Below are positions 38,333-50,514 of a stretch of DNA of 64,000 nt, piece after piece. Where the stretch lies: contig NW_005434635.1 in the NCBI RefSeq assembly GCF_000315625.1, positions 508,824-572,823 on the forward strand, given 5' to 3'. This DNA comes from Guillardia theta CCMP2712 (Eukaryota; Protista; Cryptophyta). Positions within the stretch are counted from its first letter, which is position 1; each line of letters opens with the position of its first letter. The notes below the pieces were generated by a model, which saw only the letters and a list, made by a program, of their open reading frames with translations, ran no database searches and was not told the DNA's origin. A program made the translations under genes and the position numbers.

Positions 38333-39635
38333 TCACTTCCTCTCAGCTTGGAAGTTGACATTCAACAACAGAAGTTTCATGGCTTTTGCGATGTTGATAG
38401 AAGGAGAAACCAACTGCGATGAATGTGACTTTGAGGAGTTGTAGCCTGACAAAGAAGAGGTTCGCACCAACAAGTATATCAGTGATGGATCAGCGTATAC
38501 CGCCACGTCAGAGATCCTGAAATCTTATCAATCTAAAAGGAACCTTCCATTCTTCCATACCTTCCCAACCAAAAGGGAAATTGAATGCCAGAAATCCGCC
38601 CGATTACTCTGAACATCGTTGCGAGGAGAGCGATTCCAACAGCGCTCAGCACCTGATACTTGATTCAAAATCCAAAATAAAGCAATCAAGCAAAAATATC
38701 TCGGTTCACCTCGTTCAACACGACAGATTGCGGATTCATGATGAAAGTGAACATGTCGTCAATAGAAACAAGGAGTGACACAAGACCAATCAAGATGTTC
38801 CTGTACAAAAAGGATAATGTCAGGAAATGATACACTATACATGCAAATGTATGCTTCTTAGCTGGTTGCTCATTTTTGCTTACATCTGGAATAGGTATGG
38901 CAGCAGAAGAATCTTGGGCGAAAGGAGACATTTGCATGCGAATATGAAAGTCCCAACGAATGAATGCAGGTTTAACAAAGTTGTCTTCTCAGTGGTCTGA
39001 ACACTTGAATCACCAGAAACAACAGGACACGTAATTAAGATCTTCTAACCAGGAACGAGAAGAAATGGTTTCGAAAGGCAAAACTTGCAAGTACTGTCGA
39101 TCGTGGACATAGGATCATGCCCAACTCTGTCCACAAGGATTCGAAGTAATGATCCTGCCTCCACGTCCACCACTGATAGACAATCATTGCACAGCTTAAA
39201 CTTAGTCTTTAAACACACCTGTATCAATTTGCTTTGCGGCGCTTGACGGTCCTCCACGTTTGCGATGTTCCCCGGAAGCGATGAAATCGCAGTTTGGTTC
39301 TCAAAGTTCAATCTTGAAGAGACGTCATCCAGGTTTGGTTCGGAAGATGTCAAGTTTGCGCTGGAGGAATTATCGCGGCCACCTCTCAATCGATGCATGG
39401 AAAGCCAACTGCAATGAGAGGACATCTGGGTTGTTGAAGACGCACCAGGCCTTCCCGACAAGCCCACACCACAAGAAATGAGTAGCTTACAACTTGTCGA
39501 TCTGACAGCTGTTGCTGGTCTCACGTGAATGGCGATGGTAAAGGGGATCTCAGTACACCATGCTAGCATGAAGCAAACCACTCCCAGCTCTCCCATCCCT
39601 CGACCCAAGGCAAGGTGCACCATAGATCGCACCAT
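38333..39635 (-). CDS. Hypothetical membrane protein with signal-peptide + RLRGG presequence
   Basis: Hydrophobic segment, then a Ser/Thr-rich stretch, then HRLRGG. Downstream exons are hydrophobic (NILIGLVSLLVSIDD, VLSAVGIALLATMFR). Confidence 0.5.
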
Positions 39636-39753
39636 AGAGCTCGAATTATTGCATCCAAGGCCAGCAGACCGGGCCCGGCCCCGGCGGCCGCGGGCCCGGT
39701 CTGATCCCAGCATCCCGGAGAGTACTGAGCTCTCGGAGTAGTAGCTGCTGGGC

Positions 39754-39960
39754 TAGAACTTTCTGAGAATTTCCTGGAACCGTCTCCACCTACAGCAGCA
39801 GAATTTTAGAACTTTCTGAGTTGGATCTGCAAGAACTCATACCGATTTCTACGAACTTTTGGGGCTGATCCAGAGCTTCTTATAGAACTTTTGGTCAATT
39901 AATGCGAACTTTAGATGTAACTCGAGAACTTCTCTCAGAACTTTGGGGGATTTTTAGAAT
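39754..39960 (+). promoter_or_regulatory. Cluster of GAACTT(T)/nGAAnnTTCn motifs (heat-shock-element-like) upstream of the FKBP-TPR gene
   Basis: AGAACTTTCT occurs twice and further GAACTT copies occur within ~200 bp of a divergent intergenic region. Confidence 0.35.
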
Positions 39961-40179
39961 CGGGGAAGGAGCGGGAGAGTGATGGAAAACGAAGTCATGC
40001 TAGACCTGACAGTAGTATTGACAAGAGAGATCCAGTAGTGAGGAGAAAGCACAGAGCTACGAAAGCGTCGGAGATCTTTGTTAAAGTAACTAGAAAGATA
40101 GGGCCTGCAATGAAGAAGAAGCGCTTATTGCAAGAAGGAAAATGAAGTCATTGGAGTCTAACCTCTTCTTTAATAGACA

Positions 40180-42484
40180 ATGCCTGCAGACATGTCCGAT
40201 GATGAGATTCCATCTGACGGATCCTCTTCTCCGATGCCCATCTCACCTCGTGAAGCTAAGGTGACAAGTCATAGATGGTTTGCGGAGTGATGCTGACTTG
40301 GCGACAGGGAATGGAAAAGACTATCATTACTGAGGGGAGTGGCTGGGAAAAGCCTAAAGATGGCTATGAAGTTTTCGTGAGCATGAAGGGAAAGTTTAGT
40401 CGGGTGTTGGAAGATGGTTCAGAAGAGGACGAGGTTTTGTTCGATCAGACGGAAGGCGATGAAACAAGAAAGTACGTCCTTGGTTCCAACGTTCCTTGCA
40501 AAGGGCTTGAGGCGGCAATGTTGCAAATGAAGAAGGGAGAAAAGGTCATTCCAGGTCTGTTCCAAGTTCAGGATCGCTCACATTTTCTCCTCAGGCACTT
40601 GTTAAGTTGCAACCAGAAGCTGCATTTGGAGACGAAGGTCTTCCTGACAAGAGTGTTCCTCCGAAAGCTCGTGTCACGTATGAGGTCGAACTCAAAAGTT
40701 GGCACAAGGTCGAAGAAGTGAAGAAGACACATGGAGCTGTCAAGGTCTTGTACCTCGAGGAAGGGCAAGGGTACGAAAGGCCCAAGGCGCATGACATCGT
40801 CTTCATCAAATATAAAGCCAGGCTTGAGGATGGATACGAAATCGGAACTCAGGCTATGGACACGGAAGAGTCGACACGTATCTGTGTAGAGGACTTGCAG
40901 CCTGCAGGGCTCCGGCTTGCCGTCCAGGAATTGAAGAGAGGAAGCAAGGCAGTTGTCACCGCCAAGCCATCATATGCGTGGGGTTCGGAGGGAAGGTGAA
41001 AAGGAATGGAGCGGGAAGTAGTGAATTTGACAACTTTATGCAGCAAAGATCCTGCAGTTCCACCCGACGCAACGATTTTGTTTGATGTCGAGCTGAGCGA
41101 TTTCCACACGGTGGAAGATGTCTGCAAGGACGGAGGAATCCAGGTGGAACTGTTCAACAAGCCCAGCTCGGTAAAGTGATTCGAACTGCCTGTACACATT
41201 CTCATGCAACAGTCAGGCATGGAAGAAACCGAAGATCGGTTCGACTTGTGTGATCTCCTTCTCCGCAGCCGTTGAAGGAGGAGACGCTTGGGACTCTCGT
41301 GAGTTCGCCTCGGGTCAGGGTCTCAAGGTCAACCTTGGAGAGCTGAATTCCGAGCACGAATGTAAGAAGTGGTTGCACGACTAGTCAAGTGATTTGACAC
41401 CATGTCACAAGGGCTCACCGATGGCTTTGAAAGAGCTCTCGAGCATCTGGTTGCAGGTCAAGAGGCATTTGTGAAGATCAAGGTTCAAGATTCTCTCTCA
41501 AAAAGATCGTATTTTTTGACTATCTGTTGTCTACTCCAGGCCAAATACGCCTTTGGTGACCAAGGCTATGGCGACAAGGTGAAGGCTGGCAGCACGATCG
41601 AGTGTGTCAATATGTTTTCGTCTCTGCTTGTTACTGAATACTTCAAATTGTAGATACAAAGTGACGTTGGACGAGCTCATTGAAGGAAAGAGCACATATT
41701 CGATGTCTTCATTGGAAAAACACGAGTTCGTGAACAAGTATAAAGAAGTTGGCAACCATTACTTCAAGCAAAATCAGGTTCTTCCAGCTTATTGTAACGA
41801 GGGTCTCCTGTCTTGTGACATGCTGTCGTAGAATACACGAGCTCTCCGCTTGTACAAGGCTGCAATGGAACCTGTGGAGTATCCTGATTCCGGTCAAGAT
41901 GACGAGGAAAAGAAGGTGAGAAGTTGTGAAGGCACATGGCTGTGACAAGTTCCATGAGATTGTAAACCGCTTTTTCAGGCCGCCAAACAGCTCAAATCTG
42001 CATGTTTGCTCAACATGGCAGCCTGTAATGATAAACTAGAGGCGTGGTCTGAAGTAGTGTCTACCTGTAACAAAGTGAGCTCCTTTCTGCTGTTTTTCAC
42101 CATCATGTGATGGTCGTTTTCCAGGTTCTCGAGATGGCAGACAATCCCAAAGCCAGATTCCGTCGTGCAAAAGCTTACATGCATCTGGGAAGATTGGAGG
42201 TGAGATAGAGAAATGCGCCAACGCTTCGTTGCTGAAGATAATTCTCAGGAGGCGAAAGATGAATTCGTCAAACTGTCAGAGCAGAACCCCGAAGACAAGG
42301 TATGCCAGTTGCACGTGTCGTCCTGCTCTGATAGATGTCCGCAGGCTGTTCAGCAGCTCCTTGCCACCACCAGAAAGAGACAGAAGGAGCAAGATGCCAA
42401 GGTAACCATCTTGCTTCTTCACTTTCTCTTGACTAATTCGCCTGATGAAAGGCAAAGTCGGTCTTCACCAAGATGTTTGGGTGA
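40180..42484 (+). CDS. Multi-domain FKBP-type peptidyl-prolyl isomerase with C-terminal TPRs (ROF1/FKBP62/FKBP52-like Hsp90 co-chaperone)
   Basis: Three FKBP-like domains (KTIITEGSGWEKPKDG, PEAAFGDEG...VPPKARVTYEVEL, VPPDATILFDVEL, AKYAFGDQG). TPR region: KEVGNHYFK, CLLNMAAC, KARFRRAKAY. Ends VFTKMFG*. Confidence 0.9.
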
Positions 42485-42579
42485 TCCGTCAAGAATTCAT
42501 GTTGGGGCAGTCAGAACCCTTTCTTTTTGTAAATTGATATGAGTAAAACAAATATCGAATGATGAAAGTCTTCGAGTCG

Positions 42580-44022
42580 TTAGTCAGTCCACCCCGCTGA
42601 AGCTTTGCCAGCCTTCCCAACAATCACAACTTTGTCGATCCAAAATTCACCAATAACCCGACACTGAGAAGGATGATCTGAGGTCAACGAATTCAAATCT
42701 TTCAATATTGGTGTTTCAATTTTCGGCTCAATCGGCGGGAAAACTTCAGCTTCTTCAATTGTCCGTCTGAAAACTAACACGGAAGTAGTTGTGCTGTTTG
42801 CCTGGATCGCATTTGCTCGGTTGGCATTGTAGTCATATGATTCGATTTTGGTTTTCGAGATGAAGTTTGATGAGTTGCACGACTTGCCATTGTCTATCCT
42901 TTTTATCAATTTGTATGGATACAAATCCATAACTTCGTTTATCCATGTTTCAAGAACCTGCAACAAGTTACTTGACTTCTGAAAGACTTCAATTCTAAAG
43001 GGACCTTATCCGTCCATTCAACGTGGTTTATGCTCAATTCTTCACTGTTCGGTAGCTCGGGAGATACACATATCATACAAATGACCTAGATAATGAAGTA
43101 TTACATCATTATTTTAGGGAAAAGCAAATACATGTGGCGGTTTAATTTCACCGAAAACAGAACGAGAAAGCTGAGGAATAGATTCGGGACTTGTTTCTTC
43201 CAACACATTCAATATTGTTGCAACTTGATATCCCCTTAATACGTGTTCAGCTTGTCTCACGTCCCCAAGACAAAGGAGAACCTTCATCGGGTCAACTGCA
43301 ATAGATGTAGTCAGAAGCTTGATCAGAGATGGAATGATCTCACTTCTTGGTGAGATCACAGCTTTGAAAGGCACCGCACGATGAAAGCAATCATAAACTG
43401 CATCAAGAGCATCTTTGCGGCGATCGACACACATGAATCTGTTGATTTGAGGTGATTTGCTATTTGCTCGCATTATGAACCTTCCAGAGCCACAACCCAC
43501 ATCCAATACACTGTGAGCGTCCAGGTCATTCAACTGCTCACATACAGCGTTGTATGAAAACGTGATTAACTTGAGCAATTCTTTCCTATCATTGAAAGCT
43601 ATATCTTCATCAAAAGCGTCTCGCTCCCAGAATGGCTTTCTTTCTTCCATCAAAGCAGCATTTCGGGCTCTCTCTTTGAAATCTGCGAAGGTATCCACAC
43701 ATTTTTGTGCGACCATGTCACTGTTCTCCTTCTTCACTTTAGTTTTCATGTTACTCTGACTCTTGTCAAGCAAATTGAAATCTTGCCCAAAGTTCTCTCC
43801 TCCTGTAAAATGGGCCCATGTCTGGATGTTCGATTTCTTTTTCTTTGGTTTTGCAGGTTTGAGTCTTTCTCCTTTTCCTCCTCGCAGTCTTATAGTAAGC
43901 CAGGGATAGAAGGCGCGAATCTCTAATTGTGTGGATGACAGTGAGAAGCCGCGGATGTTTGTTGTTGCTTCTGTCATGGCCCATGCCATGCACACAATCA
44001 CAAGCACGTTGGTCGGACTCAT
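42580..44022 (-). CDS. HEN1: Divergent HEN1-like (small-RNA 3'-terminal 2'-O-methyltransferase fold) protein with signal peptide + RLRGG presequence, 3 exons
   Basis: VLDVGCGSG, FMCVD, LCLGDV...LRGYQVATILNVLEE...SVFGEIKP|...PNSEE...NHVEWTDK|VLETWINEVMDLYPY follows the HEN1 motif order DxGCG...GfD.itc.EvIEH...vfg.l.P...TPNxEfN...HkFEWtr.eF..W. Confidence 0.7.
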
Positions 44023-45191
44023 AGCAGAGGTTATGAAGTTGGTAGAGAGACAGGAAGAGAGAGGAGGAGGCTGTGAAGTCCTCTCCTATCCATGCGAATC
44101 AACATGGCGGCACGAGCATGACAGCATCGAGATGCTAGGGGAATCAGGCAAATCCGACAAGCCGTCACGATGCGACCATCCCTCACTGCATGGCGTCTTC
44201 AGCGGGCCCTCCTCAGGTATGAGTGGTCACATATCTAAAATTCACAACGGAAATGTAACGGACCCGTTTTGGCTCTTATCCTGCCTAATAGAACCAAGGA
44301 CCCCCTACCTCCCTTTTGTACCTACCACCCCGTAGTTTGACCACCGCAAGGCGCAGTGACCAGGCAGAACCCTCTTAAACAATACATTTGTACCTTTTAT
44401 AAGTACCGGTCTGTGTCAAATAATGTACCCCCACCCCTATTTTTTACTACCCTAACGGGCTACACCCTCACTTTGTCTGCCCCTTTTGCTCTCATCCTGT
44501 CTTTCCCCTCCTCCCCCTCCTTCCCTGCTCCTTACCAGCTTCAGCTTCTCTGCCGCTCTCCTTCCTGTCTGCTGATCCCGCTTCCTTGTGCTCATGTCGC
44601 ACAAAACTCTTCACAGAAACTCAACCCGTCATTCTCCTTCATGTCTTCTTTCTAGCCATGCCATTATTGCATTCTCTGTCCTTCTTTACTGGAAAATTCA
44701 CAGCCTTGTTGTTCTGAACCACTGAAGTTCTGTACCTTGATCAGCGTTGTTTTCCCACTCTCAGTCATCTTTTGTAAAGCATATAAACTTTTCTATCTCA
44801 CCAGATTTTCTCTTAGTTTTCTGACTCGTTATGACCAGGGAGGGCAACTCTGCGGTTTGTCCACGTGGGTCCCAGCTCTGGAGAAACTACTTGTAATACA
44901 CTTTGTGATCGTCGGAATATCTTGCAGCTCTGTTGACCTCGAGCAGACAGCATGATTTGCGGGTTCAATTCGACCTTGTGCGTTGGCGAACAAAACACGT
45001 CGTGAACTCATGAAATCAGAGCCCGAAGGGCATTCCGTTCAGCGTTGGTTGACATATTCGCCAACCTTGTTTTTGATCGAGAGGAATGTTAGGTCGTAGT
45101 GAAAGTGGTACCACGATGTCAGTAGAATTCCTTCCTCTTTGCTCCCTCTGACCTGTTTGGCAGCTCGAATGCATCGGAAGCTGCAGCTAGT

Positions 45192-46688
45192 GTGAAGAAG
45201 GAAATCACTCACCCGAATGATGACAGTGAAGAAGAACTTGAAATTCAAAGCAATTACAGTCCATTCGAGTACGAGGATGATGGAGAAGAAACAGATGTGA
45301 GCGATGTGTCTGCTGGCCCATCGCGATCATATACCAAGAGCTGCTCACGGATCAATGACTGCATTCGTGAAGTTCGTGGATGTCTGTCCCTCAAAGACAG
45401 CCATCAAGGGGTGCAGGAGCAGTTAGAGCACGTGCACTTGCAGAATCAAGAGCGATCAAAGCAGCAGAGCCTGCATTGTGCGATGCAGCAACGGGAGATC
45501 AAGCAGGAGCAGGAGCAACGACATTCCCCCCAGGCAATAATTGATCAGCCTGCTCGAGCCTCGACTCAAGCTCAAGCTCAAGCTCAAGCTCAAGCCCAAT
45601 TCATTGCAGCACAAGTGATGGATCCCCAGGCTCACATGCTAGTACACCAGGTGGTGGATACTCCAGCTCACATCATAAGGCCGCAGCCAGTGGATGCTCG
45701 CGCTCATATCATAAGGCCACAGCCAGTAGATGCTCGCGCGCATTTGATTCGACCGCAACCCTTAGATGCTCGAACAAACATAATCCGACCGCAGCCTGTC
45801 GGTCCGCGTTCTCAATTTGTCCGACCTGTAATGGTAGACGCACTTCATCTAGGTACGGAGGGTCGAATCCAAACTTTGGACGCTTTGAATCTCGGCATAG
45901 ATGCCCCTTTTGTTGTGGATGGATTGAATTACGCTTTGTTACGAAGGGAGATGGAAAATCGGTTCGGTGGTTTTGAAGGACACGAACATGCCTTCAGCTT
46001 GTTGGCAGTCAAGAAGGAAGAGAATGCTGACCAAGACGAAGACGACATGAAGGAAGACAATAATGAGGACGGTTCTTTAGGGGGAAAGCGTATTCTCAAT
46101 GCTGATCAAGAGGTTTCTGTCAAAAGAGCAAGAAACGCACAACAATTATGGATGAATTTGTCTGAAATTGTTTATCCTATCCTCAAGGTATGCTGTACGT
46201 GATCGTTTTGTTGCCTTTATTCTGTTTCAGGAGAAATCGAGAGGACATCCGCTTGAAGCTGTCATCAGCAAGGAAATGGAGAAGCTAAAAAATGCCAAGA
46301 ATCTGAAGCGGGTTCTTTTCGCATTCCTATACATCTGCTTGATAGAAGAAATGGTAATGATCGAATATGAAGAAGACAGTCAGGTATAGTCTCGGGCTTT
46401 CTGCATTTCGTTGACGTGAAATTGTTGCAGGCTTTCGCTGGAATCAAAGTGCTACAAGTCGTACCGGTTCACAGTGACAAGTTTTACAGGAGATTGGTGA
46501 TGTTGAAGTTTGGCATCTGGGTGGAGAATCCTGAGCAATCCATTGGCATCTTGCCGCTGACACCGGGACAAAAGAATGCTCTTCACAGCATCTTTCGGAC
46601 GGTCAACTTAATACCCAATGTGACTGGAGCGTGGGATCAATGTTTCCGAGGGGACGGATACTTCATGCATTTCGCCGCAAAGACTTGA
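45192..46688 (+). CDS. Hypothetical protein: acidic/Gln-rich N-terminus, 12-aa tandem repeats and a globular C-terminal domain of unknown family
   Basis: A 336-aa ORF splices to EKSRGHPLE... and AFAGIKVLQ...FMHFAAKT*. The start is uncertain and upstream exons are likely. Confidence 0.55.
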
Positions 46689-47197
46689 ACGAGTTTTTTG
46701 GGCTTCTGATCGGGATGATGTATCAAAGGAGTTGTGTAAGATTCGTGTAGGCATTTTCAGTATAGCTAAGATGTTGATAAGTTAGTGAACATGCTGTAAC
46801 CGTGCTTCTGATTTGTTGATGTCCGAGGCCGGTGACACGTGAATAGCACTCTGGGACTTGACTTGCCGCGGCCATAAAATGGCCGGTCGAATGCCCGGGG
46901 GCTTGACAAGCTCGCCTCAAGGTTTTCACACATGATCATACCGAGGCAGCATACTTTGCTATTGATTCTATGCATCAAAGACAAAAAGGCAGAAGAAAAG
47001 TTTGTCTTGTCCCCGAGGCATGTCCCCGCTATCGTCCCCGCTCTCTTTGTTTCGCCCCTCCTTGCTCGTCCCCTATTAAGCTCAGCCTCTCGTATCCACA
47101 ACTCTTATCTCCTCTCCCCCTCTCCTCCTCCCCTTCTCCTTCTCCCCTGATCTTCCCGTGTCGTCGTCTGGCCTTGTCTTTCTCTTTGTAGCGGACT

Positions 47198-49950
47198 ATG
47201 AAGATCACGATCTTCTCCATGAAGACATGTCCCCACTGTGCTCGCGCAAAGCAAGCGCTGCAGGAAAGCTTTCCGCCTGGTCGATCTCCTGGCTTGACTC
47301 GATTGATCTGAAACAGGCACATGGATATGAATACCACGACATCTCACTCTCGGACTACCCGGAGAAGCGTACAGGTACACCGACACAATGGTTCTATGCC
47401 ATCCTTCCTTGATCCTCGCCGCAGATATGCTGTCGCTTGCTGACCGACTCACGGTCCCTCAGATATTCGTCAACACAGTGCATGTGATAGCTGACTTGAG
47501 CATGCAAGAAACTTGACGTACATGGGGCAGATCGGAGGTGCGTCTGAGTTGATCGAGCTGCTTGAGAAAGGCAAATTCGAGAAGATCGTCAAGGTTGTCT
47601 CACTAGCCCAGGGGCCTGCCACTTACACTTATTTTGTCTTGCTACAAGGACGTCGAGCATGAAGAGGACCCCATTGATCCTAGGCAAGACCTTCAAGTCG
47701 GCAACAACCTTGCTTACTTCCATGCAAAAGGTTGCACAGCCCGGACTATCCACCAAAGCCAGAAGAGAAGGTTTTCAATCTCCTGAAGTCTCTGTGCGCA
47801 TGAACGACTGATCATGGCGTACAGCCTGCTGAGCTTGAGGAGGAGCTTTTATGCGCAGGCAGCGAGTGCCTCAAGTATGAGGATGTCGTGGTCGAACTGA
47901 GGAAGTGAGTCGTTTGCCGATGTCAATGCCCTTTCTCCCCTTGCTGAACTTGCCATGTAGCGGCCTTCGCATATCCGATCGGACTTATCACGGATTTGTA
48001 CTGATATTCTCAATCACATTGCAGCATCTGATGATTTCGAAGGTGTACAAGAAATGCTTCCTTGGAAGCGAGGCAGTATCTTTCCTGCAAACAAGGTTTT
48101 CGCTCAAATCAAGAGATGAGGCCTTGCAAGTCTGCAATACTTGAGAAACGGGTGTGGTCTCAAATGTGCTTGATAGGTTGGCAACAGCTTTCTGGACAGC
48201 AATGTTTTCCATCACGTGTGCAGAGATCATCCATTGAAAGATGAAGGTTTGTATTATCGGCTTCAGGTCTACCGATTTCAGAGCTCTTTCTCAACTGAAT
48301 TTCAGTTTCAAGGCTGACTGTGCACCTGAAATTCTCAATAATATTCGTGTTTGGAACAATCGTGTTGATGATCCTTTCATAACAATTAGAGAATGCAAGA
48401 AGAAAGTGAATGATTATGATTTTGTCGCGAATTGGTTGACAATGCTTGTAGTTCTCTGCTCTCCAGTCCAAGTATACCAACTCGGAGGGACTTATCGATT
48501 ATGCAGCTATTTCCAAGGACTCTGAATTCTGGGTATTGGCGATCCAATTCCATAGTGGAAGGTGTAATAGATGAACAGAAATTCGCTGAGTCGACATGCG
48601 AGTTTCAAAAGTTGGACATCACCTCTATGAATACTTCTCAAAGTATTATTGTTGCATCTTTTATTTCAAATTCTTTCCCTGTGGTGAAGTGATTTTCGAT
48701 GAAGAAAAGGCCTTTTTCATCAATCTCTATAACCTCATGGTGCTCCACGCGTTTGCTCAGGTATTGAACCATAATGGCGTGCAAAATGCGTGACTATGCT
48801 TTCAAGGTCGGTATACCCCAGACATCGTTTAGGAGAATGTCATTCTTTGATACCGTCGGTAAGCTAACTAATGATGATCACTTCCTTCGATCATTCAAGA
48901 CATGAGGAAGTTTGCAGGTTATTCGATTGGAGGTCATTTCTTCAGTCTCAAGTTCCAATCCCTTTGAAGCTTTGTTAGTATTCTCATCTTAGACCTCAGT
49001 GACATCGAGAACGGCATTCTTCGCGGCAACAAGAAAGCTCCTTTTCACCTGTGAAGTTAGCTAGATCTATGCACGACGTCCTAATTTGAAGTTCAGCTCT
49101 AAACCATTTGCCAAAAGTGATCCAAGATTCAACTTTGCACTTTCGGTGAGAGTCTAGAGCTCCAAAATTGGAAGAATGTTTGAGACGCGAATCAAGTCTT
49201 GCGAGAAGAGGATCCATTTTGCGCTCAATTGTGGTGCAAAATCTTGTCCACCGATCAAGGTAGTTTGTGCTTGACGTATGAGACTTATTCATTCTTTTGC
49301 TTTAGAACTTTTCAAGTGAATCAGTGGAGGAAGAGCTGAGTAAAATTTTCCGATGTCATGAAGGCATTCTGATACGAAAATGCAGGAGTTGTTGCCATGG
49401 CCTTCCTGGAAATGGAGGAAAATCTGAAAGTAGACAAAGACTCGGTAGTGAAAATCTGATTTGAATTTTGTTTATTTACGAGTCTCATGTCAGAAAACCG
49501 TGTATCTGACCAAGATTCTATCCTGGTAGGGAGATTCCTGCCTTGCGAGTCTTGCTTATGTGTCATCCATAGGTACAGGACTGACTTTGGCAGCTCGGAT
49601 AAGGAGGTGTTAAGGTCTATCTTACCATGGGTTCGAGGTGATCATCATTTCGATCCATGAAACTCTCTTTCCCATTAACTATCAAGGGTTTATCTGACAG
49701 GCTCAACCAAAGAGGATTTGCAGACCCTAATGGATACCACAAATTTCAAGATCAAATACTTCACGTGATGTTGATTTGTCCATGATCATTGTTGCATGAC
49801 GTCGTACTCCAGATATGATTGGAATACTAATGCGAGCAACTTCGTCGCGTACAATCCTCAAGAATTGAAGGTTACTTGTGATGTTAGATCGTTGCATGTC
49901 GCTAATGCAAAAGATAACAGGACAAAGTTTCGGAATGCACCATTGCTTGA
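47198..49950 (+). CDS. Glutaredoxin + DEP + DUF547 domain protein with C-terminal CaaX
   Basis: Grx: CPHC, TVPQIF, IGG. DEP: YKKCFLGSEAVSFL, VFHHV. DUF547: AFFINLYNLMVLH, DIENGILRGN, RIHFALNCGAKSCPPI, YDWNTN. Ends ECTIA*. Confidence 0.9.
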
Positions 49951-50514
49951 GACAGGGTGAAATTCGCTCGGTCGATTATAGTATGATTCTGGCAATGAAA
50001 GCTTCAAGTGTCATGGCATAAGGGGCACGCTTGCTCTTTGCTTTCTTGACGGGATCACTTCGTGTGTCAACACTGGATCGAAAGATACTTGTAGGAAGTT
50101 TTCCTAACATTTTGTTATAGAGTATATTAATCACTGGGTACTACCGTTCACTTCTCGAGTCAGATCTACCAACCAACCTATCCCTTATTCCCTCTTTACT
50201 GGTGCCCTACCCTTCTTCCCTACCCCCTTCCGCTACCCTCACACAACCCCACCTCTTCCCTTCGTCCTCGTTCCACCACACACCACCCTGCACTGCAAAC
50301 TAGGAGCTGTCACATCCCTGCGCGTTGCCTCCCTCACATCAAGGGCTATCACAACATGGATGCGCTCTAGAAGAGCCTTCTTCTCCTCTCCGTCTCCTCT
50401 ATTGCTGCCATCCATCTCACTCCTCTAGCTCTAGCTCCCCCGTCCTATTTCACGACTTAAAATCAAGCACAGCTGTGCCAGGATAGGACCCAATCGCTCT
50501 TCCGGCCCTTGATC

